Of a stretch of DNA of 32,000 bases, positions 31,887 through 32,000 are shown one piece after another. Origin of the DNA: Breznakia blatticola. GTDB lineage: Bacteria; Bacillota_I; Bacilli_A; Erysipelotrichales; Erysipelotrichaceae. Each line of letters begins with the position of its first letter. The stretch's first letter is position 1. The notes under the pieces are model-generated. The model was not told the DNA's origin. It did no database searches and was given only the letters and a program-made list of their open reading frames with translations. Where the stretch lies: positions 3,022 to 35,021 of the forward strand of contig NZ_SODD01000023.1 in NCBI RefSeq assembly GCF_004365815.1. The letters are read 5' to 3'. Both the position numbers and the translations under genes were made by a program.

Positions 31887-32000
31887 TTCTAATAAATAGA
31901 ATATATTAGGCTTAATTCAACCAGTGCATACCAAGTCTCGATAAATCACTGATAAGTACTGAATAATTTATGTGTCTTTAAAGCATTTCTTGTGATGGTA

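Noticed and set aside
31887-32000. Possibility that the in-frame TGA upstream of the helicase ATG is read as Trp (genetic code 4)
   Set aside because: All other long genes in the window, up to 1034 aa, are intact under the standard code and end normally. A TAA also closes the same frame 51 nt further upstream.

Overview
AT-rich, low-GC Bacillota-type chromosomal segment; I cannot assign taxonomy from the sequence alone. All credible genes but one (EIIA, 8858-9340) are on the minus strand. Positions 1-9.4 kb form a sugar-PTS supercluster. It holds a partial glucose/maltose-family EIIC with an RpiR regulator. It also holds a RAT/terminator-controlled EIIA-LicT operon followed by a Bgl-family EIIBC. 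A third operon encodes a degenerate EIICB-like protein, a second BglG-family antiterminator and a canonical EIICB, with a divergent stand-alone EIIA. That EIIA gene is followed by an apparently orphan RAT/terminator. Positions 9.5-17.3 kb carry an MFS transporter, a small hypothetical gene, a four-gene Fe-siderophore-type ABC importer, purC, arsC and a Zn-ribbon/PH-domain protein. Positions 17.3-32 kb look accessory. They start with a tightly coupled cassette of three proteins of unknown function ending in a 554-aa SWIM zinc-finger protein. Next come a fused ABC-ATPase/FtsX permease, a 936-aa wall-anchored repeat protein and a MalT-like STAND/LuxR regulator. The region ends with a 46-aa ORF bearing an SSB-like DDLPF tail and a primase-like/SF2 helicase/degenerate-PLD fusion whose 5-prime end looks decayed. 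No rRNA, tRNA, CRISPR array, transposase or integrase was seen. The best candidates for something undescribed are the SWIM cassette, the helicase plus SSB-tail mini-ORF pair, the orphan RAT and the catalytically dead EIICB paralog. All domain calls rest on motif recognition by eye and need profile or structure searches.
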